This document shows, one piece after another, positions 57,233 to 64,000 of a stretch of 64,000 bases of DNA. The stretch lies in NCBI RefSeq assembly GCF_009914755.1, contig NC_060932.1; one strand, 5' to 3'. The translations under genes and the position numbers were made by a program. How positions within the stretch are numbered: position 1 is the first letter of the stretch; every line of letters starts with the position of its first letter. The stretch is from the human T2T-CHM13v2.0 reference genome, Homo sapiens. The notes beneath the pieces are model-generated. The model did no database searches, was not told the DNA's origin, and was given only the letters and a program-made list of their open reading frames with translations.

Positions 57233-57546
57233 AACCAGGCACAGTTGCTCACACCTATAATCCCAGCACTTTGGGAGGCCAAGGCAGATAGATATCTTGT
57301 GGCCAGGAGTTTGAGACCAGCCTGGCCAACATGGTGAAACCCCATCTCTACTAAAAATACAAAAATTAGCCCGGCGTGGTGGTACATGCCTGTAATCACA
57401 GCTACTCAGGAGGCTGTGGCAAGAGAATCACTTGAACTCAGGAGGCGGAGGTTGCAGTGAGCCGAGATTGTTCCACTGCACTCCAACCTGGGCAACCGAG
57501 TGAGACTGTCTCAACAACAACAACAACAACGAAAAGAAAAAAAAAA
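57233..57546 (+). mobile_element. AluS (Sx/Sz-like) with a (CAA)n tail
   Basis: Full dimer; TSD-like TACATATC on both sides. Confidence 0.94.
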
Positions 57547-57784
57547 AATACATATCCTAAGAAGGCACAACCACATTTGAAATTAAACACTTAAAATAAA
57601 ACTAAAATAATTTATTTCATAACATTAAAATCTTAAGGCATTAAATCACAGAGTAGATACAGCTGGGGAAGGTATTAGTAAATGGAAAGATGGATCTGAA
57701 GACATCATGTTGAACATAGCCCAGAGAAATAAAGCAAGCATAAGAGACATGTAGATTAAAATGGTAATGTTGAAAAAAAAACTA

Positions 57785-58180
<396 letters not shown>

Positions 58181-58554
58181 TCAATAAAGAAAGATACAGC
58201 TCTTCAGTTTTAAGAAGCACAGTATGTCTTCAAAAGGATTAATAAAAGATAAAATCTTTCTAAGGCATATTTTTAATGAGCAAGGAGAATGTCAAAGATG
58301 AGGCATAAAACATAAACAGACACAGAGATAAATTGTTTTTAAGTCAATTTGATTAAACAGTGACAGTTCACATCTCAACAGAGGCCATTCAGACTTAATT
58401 CTAGTTATCAGTTCCAGCCTGATTATAAAAATATTGATTGGTCAAATAAAAGCCAAACCTTTACCTCAGTCCAATAAAAAGCTTCTGAAGGGTGTTGATC
58501 AGGAAAATGATAGGGTAGTATTTGTGCTTTTGTCAGATTCTTTAGGATTATTGC

Positions 58555-58750
58555 AATGTATTAGAAAGCTCTTTGGACACAGATTCAGGAAGAATATTCT
58601 GTCATTTCCTAGCTAATTAAGGCTGATAAAATCTCTAAGATTTTCTGAGTTAACTTCTTTATTTATAAAATGGAATTTAAAAAAATCTATTCTTCCAACC
58701 TCATGGAATCATGATCAGACTTAGATATTGTATTTATGCGGAATCACCTT
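58555..58750 (+). mobile_element. MIR relic
   Basis: AAAGCTCTTTGGACACAGA...TTTTCTGAGTTAACTTCTTTATTTATAAAATGG. Confidence 0.5.
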
Positions 58751-61398
58751 TAACTCAGAGAATGTAGATATATTACATGCATATTCTATTTAGAGTAAAA
58801 ATAAACAGTGTGGACATCGTAAAAGGAAATGAGCAGAGTTACTCAGCAGACTTTTTCCAAGTTTAAATTAGAATCTAGACAGCAGGGATGCAAACTGCCC
58901 TATACAGTATTCTGAAGACTTTTGTATTCATGACTTATAAATTATTATAATCTTTTAGGAGGTATTACTAGATTTTCTGGAAAAGGCTGAGAGTTGATCA
59001 TTTGCAAACTTATAAAACTATATCCTTAAGACAGAAAGGTACTGCTTTCAGGTCCTTAAGAGTGGGGAAAATCACTATATTAAAAAAAAAGTATATATAT
59101 ATTTAATTTTAGAAAATATCTTATAAAATTATGCCTAAAGACCTTTTAACCATAGTTGGGCTACTGCAGCATTATGGCCAAGGTTTTATCCTGAGTAGGA
59201 AATTTACCCAGAGATAATGAGACAAAACAAAATTAAAATGATTAAAACAAAAAGAACAGAATGGAAGGTGATATGTTTGCATGTAGTAGAATAGGGGCTT
59301 CATAGATAATCAATTGTAATAGAAGTAGGGTTTCACAGATAATAAGTCTAGGCATGGGTGTAACTTTAAGACTTTTTGTTCTCTAACAAGACCTTAAATT
59401 TGTATATGTTACTTTTATGTTCATGTCAATTAACTTTTGCAAGTCAATATTAATTAGAGTAATTATATCCATTGAGATGCAAATGCTGAAAATTACAGGA
59501 TTTAGAGGGGGCTTCAAAGCTAAAAAGTGAAAGAGCTGGGATTGAGTGTTTTTCTTTTGGCCTGAAATCTCAGATTTCTTTTTAAATATTGTACCAGTAG
59601 ACACTGAATTTTGTTTTTTGTATCTTGTTTTAGAGATACTGCTAAGACTTCCTAGGTAATAAACTGTAAAGATGGTGGAAGTAATGTACAAGGAAGTTAG
59701 AAATGCATTACATTTAATTTTGATAATGACTTAAGCAAAAAAGAATCCATTTAATAGAAATGTCCTTTATAAGGAATATAAATACTATGTTATAAGCACA
59801 GATTTTGCTATCAACTAAGCAAGTAACTATAGGTCAAATTTTAACTCGTTCATTAAACAAAAACTTGAGAGCTTGTTATATGACAAATACTGAATAAGAC
59901 AGGAGAATAAGAAGATAAATGAGATATGGACTTAGTTGTTTTCAAGGAATTATGGTCAATTGCAGTGAATCTTTTAGCCTTTATGAATCAGTATCTCCTT
60001 CTCGAGGATTCTGGCCAAGAAAACTATAGAGATGACGTAGACTTGTATATAAAATTCTGTTTACAATTTCAAGGATTTACAGATTACACCCTTCTTCCCA
60101 AATGAAAGGTATCCATAGATTCTCCAGAGAGCTATAAACCTCACCTAGGTAAATCACATCAGCCTGAAGTAATGGAAAAGAGAAATTGGTAATATTAAAG
60201 GTATGTATTAGTCCCAGTGGTGGACTGCAGAAGGGTATGGTGAACTCTGCTAACAAGAGGGCAGAGGCAGCTTCTGAAAGGAGGAGATGCTTGGGCAGAA
60301 TCCTGATGAATGAGCTCAGGGGTCAAAAAGTTTCTCTGGAAATTTCGTTTCTTAAGCTGTGTTATTCAGGGCTTGAAGATCTCTCAGGTTCTTTTCATCT
60401 ATTATTTTACCCTTTTATAGATTACAAAAGATGCCCATAAGCTGATGTTCTCCCATCCGTTGACATGTCTTGACACCTCTTGAGCTTGAGCAAATGTGCA
60501 TACTCTCTGAGGAATATTGACTAGCCTAATATGCCAGGAGAAAATGCTAATAATAAGTAACACATTTGCCAGGTGCTGTGCTTGTTGTATGACACTTAAT
60601 CTTCATTAATTTATTTAATTCCTGTATCATCTTTTTGGATACAGTCTTTAACACCACCATTCTGCTATGACCGTTCTCCCAAACAGACATACTCAGAACC
60701 AGTTTAGTAGAAAGAAGAGGTCTGGAATAAGACCTTACACCATTGCAAGGAAGAGTCTATGACTAAACGTGCACCCTATTTGAATAGAGAAACCTGAAAA
60801 ATTTCTTTTCTTTTTTCTTTTTTTTTTCTGCCTTGAGTTCCTGCCTTGAGGATGTCTCTAAATATTTTGCCAATAAGGAAGGGAAGCCTGCCATCTGTGC
60901 TGCTGAAATTGTGGGCAGGGTCACCAAAGAGTGACCACACAGGGCAGGAACACACAAAAACATTTCTTAGAAAACAGTGTTGCTCCCATTTCACTTGAGA
61001 CAACGTTTTGTTTTTGTTTCAGAATCATAGAAACTGCAAATGAATAAGTTGTACTGGGTCATCTAACTTTACCTCCAGGGAACTGAGGAGTTGCTACAAC
61101 ATATTCATTCAATTCTTTTCCAGTTTCACATGTAGACTCCAACAGGGTTTTTCACCACACTTTCTGGACAATCATTCTGGGCTCCAAGTCAGTATTGCAT
61201 GAATGTTGCTGTGACTTTGGAAGGAAAAGGAAAAAGAGCCTCTAACAAAAACATTATTTGAGGGGCATAGTTAAGAAAGTTTAACTTTATAAATAAATGT
61301 TAAAATTGAATAACTAATGAAACTATATTTTTCTAGGCTGAACCAAGGAATGTTTCGTAACTTTCATTAACCAAAGATAAAAAGGTAATTATGTTTCT

Positions 61399-61696
<298 letters not shown>

Positions 61697-61854
61697 TGGT
61701 AATTATGTTTCTATTTTCTAATTACAACTGCACTCACTGAGTTTATCAAAGATTGACTTTCGTTAAGTTATTTAAAACATTTTTGGCTTTTAATATACCT
61801 AAACATTTTAAGTTTGCAAGAAATTCATTATTATATGTATGTTACAAAGGATGA

Positions 61855-61922
61855 AGATATATATATATATCATATATAAGATATATATATATGTATACAC
61901 ACACGATATATACACACACATA
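61855..61922. repeat. Mixed (TA)n/(CA)n microsatellite
   Basis: Direct reading. Confidence 0.85.
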
Positions 61923-62289
61923 AATAATCTGGATTTTGTTAAATATTTTACATGAATTTTCTTTCACTCCTTATAAAACACTGTTATGTATTGTATCCCT
62001 ATTCTAGATAAACAACAAAAGAAACAATAAAAAAGTGAGCTTTAAAAGGGCTAACACCTCGGTCAATTTTGTAACTATATAACTCATAACTCAGAGTGGA
62101 GTTTTGAGCTCACATCTGATTTCAAATCTCTGAACTGCTATCTTTTACTTTATATTTCTTTAGTGCCTTACAATATTTTCAAGTATTATCAGGAAAAGAA
62201 TGGTTTTTGATGGGCTGTCTGTTTAGATTAGAGATGAGTGGTTTTTACTAGATTTTATGGGCATGGGGACTTGCTTTGGTCCAGAAATA

Positions 62290-62520
62290 TATGGAAAGCA
62301 TAGATTGTAGGTTTCAGAACCTGCTAACTTGGTTGGTTCACCTTCTTTCTTTCTTTCCCTTAGGCATACTACATAACAGCTGTGTGTCTGTCTCAGTTTC
62401 CTCATCTCTAAAATGAAAATTTTAAAGCTATGTCCTTCATAAGGTAGTTGTGAAGATTTAAGTAGATATATGAAAGGCAGAATATATTGTTCAGAATATA
62501 GCATTTGACTAAATATTAAT
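62290..62520 (+). mobile_element. MIR relic
   Basis: TCTCAGTTTCCTCATCTCTAAAATG...GGTAGTTGTGAAGATTTAA. Confidence 0.7.
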
Positions 62521-63285
62521 TATAATATATTGCACTACATATTTATGATTATACTGTTTATTAATGCTCTCATTGCACAACATATGTTTATTATTTACAG
62601 TATACTATATTTATTTTAATTTGTTATTATTATTATACATCTCCCACCTTTGGTCATTTAATTTGAAATCTCTCCATCATACATTTCCTTTAGATCCTAA
62701 GTCTCTAGTTTTCTGTGGTCTGTTCATTGAATGGAAATATCTCTGAGAGGAATATCTGTCTTGGTTTGCAAACTTATTGTGAATAAATTTACCAAATTGT
62801 ATCCTCCTACCCATAGTTTGGAGAAGGGATTCCAAATGGATAAATCTAGAACATGGTAAGCACGCAGAAGATGATGCAAAAGGAAACAAGTGGCTAAAAT
62901 CAGAGTGAATAGTCTTCCCAGGAAAAGCTAGCCTTCCACACAGTTTGCTTTGTGTATTCTCTTTATTGGCTGATAACTGATGTATGGGATGGTTTTCCTT
63001 TTACAAATAAAAACATGGCTTTTGTTCATCTCCTCTGAGTGCAGGATTTTTAAATTTTTTCAATAACTTCAAAGACTAGACAGTTACTTAAGTTAACCAG
63101 CTGACACTAAAATGTTTTTATGGTTGGAATTGTATAATCATACACTTTTTAAATATCTATTAGTGCTTAAAATTTGTGCCTATGAGAGAACACTGGAAAA
63201 ATGTATTTCATGGAAATAAAGGAAAATAAAATTATTTGTAGTGCCAATATTCAAAGAAAAGCAAGCTTAACATTTTGTGCTATAA

Positions 63286-63675
<390 letters not shown>

Positions 63676-63699
63676 AACTTTTTACATAATTATGTATCA

Positions 63700-64000
63700 C
63701 ACTTTTTGTTGTTATATAGTGTGTCAAACAATTTTAATGGCTTTACACATTAGTTCAGTAGATGTAGTTTCCATATTTTATTTAGCCATTCTTCCAAATG
63801 TAACACATTTATTATTTGTATATTGTTTTGATTTATTGTACTTGTAAATAACACTATGATGAGCATCTTATATATAAACAAACACTTATTAAGCCCTGAA
63901 TATGTGCCAGGTCCAGGGCTTGCCATGGTGGGATCAACACTGAATAAGTCATGACCCTGCCTGTAAGGACCTTAGAATCTATTGGAAAAAATTAACAAAT
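63700..64000 (-). mobile_element. L1ME-like relic followed by an L2 3' end
   Basis: AATAACACTATGATGAGCATCTT; AACAAACACTTATTAAGCCCTGAATATGTGCCAGG. Confidence 0.6.

Overview
Catarrhine primate, probably human or another hominoid (AluY, LTR7 and L1PA6/7 are present). The DNA is AT-rich and repeat-dense, and I found no cellular protein-coding gene, tRNA, rRNA or CpG island. Nearly all ORFs in the supplied track are L1 fragments, Alu read-through or low-complexity artefacts. Main content: two full-length, inactivated + strand LINE-1s (L1PA6-like at 33-6019, L1PA7-like at 49851-56281); a 5'-inverted (twin-primed) L1PA15/16-like element with a young truncated AluY inside it; an orphan L1PBa-type 5'UTR; a solo HERV-H LTR7; MER57, MST, MLT1 and LTR16 LTRs; an old ERV-L pol remnant; 12 Alus; DNA-transposon MITEs; MIR/L2 relics; and microsatellites. 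The best observations are mechanistic: a candidate ~215-bp L1 3' transduction (56282-56523), a largely open ORF0 with a retained splice donor in the first L1, a ~174-bp Z-domain deletion with a templated-looking junction, tandem Alus sharing a triplicated target site, and a palindromic AT-rich microsatellite. I do not see evidence for a new biological system. Subfamily names come from recalled consensus sequences and need RepeatMasker/Dfam confirmation; boundaries of old elements are approximate.
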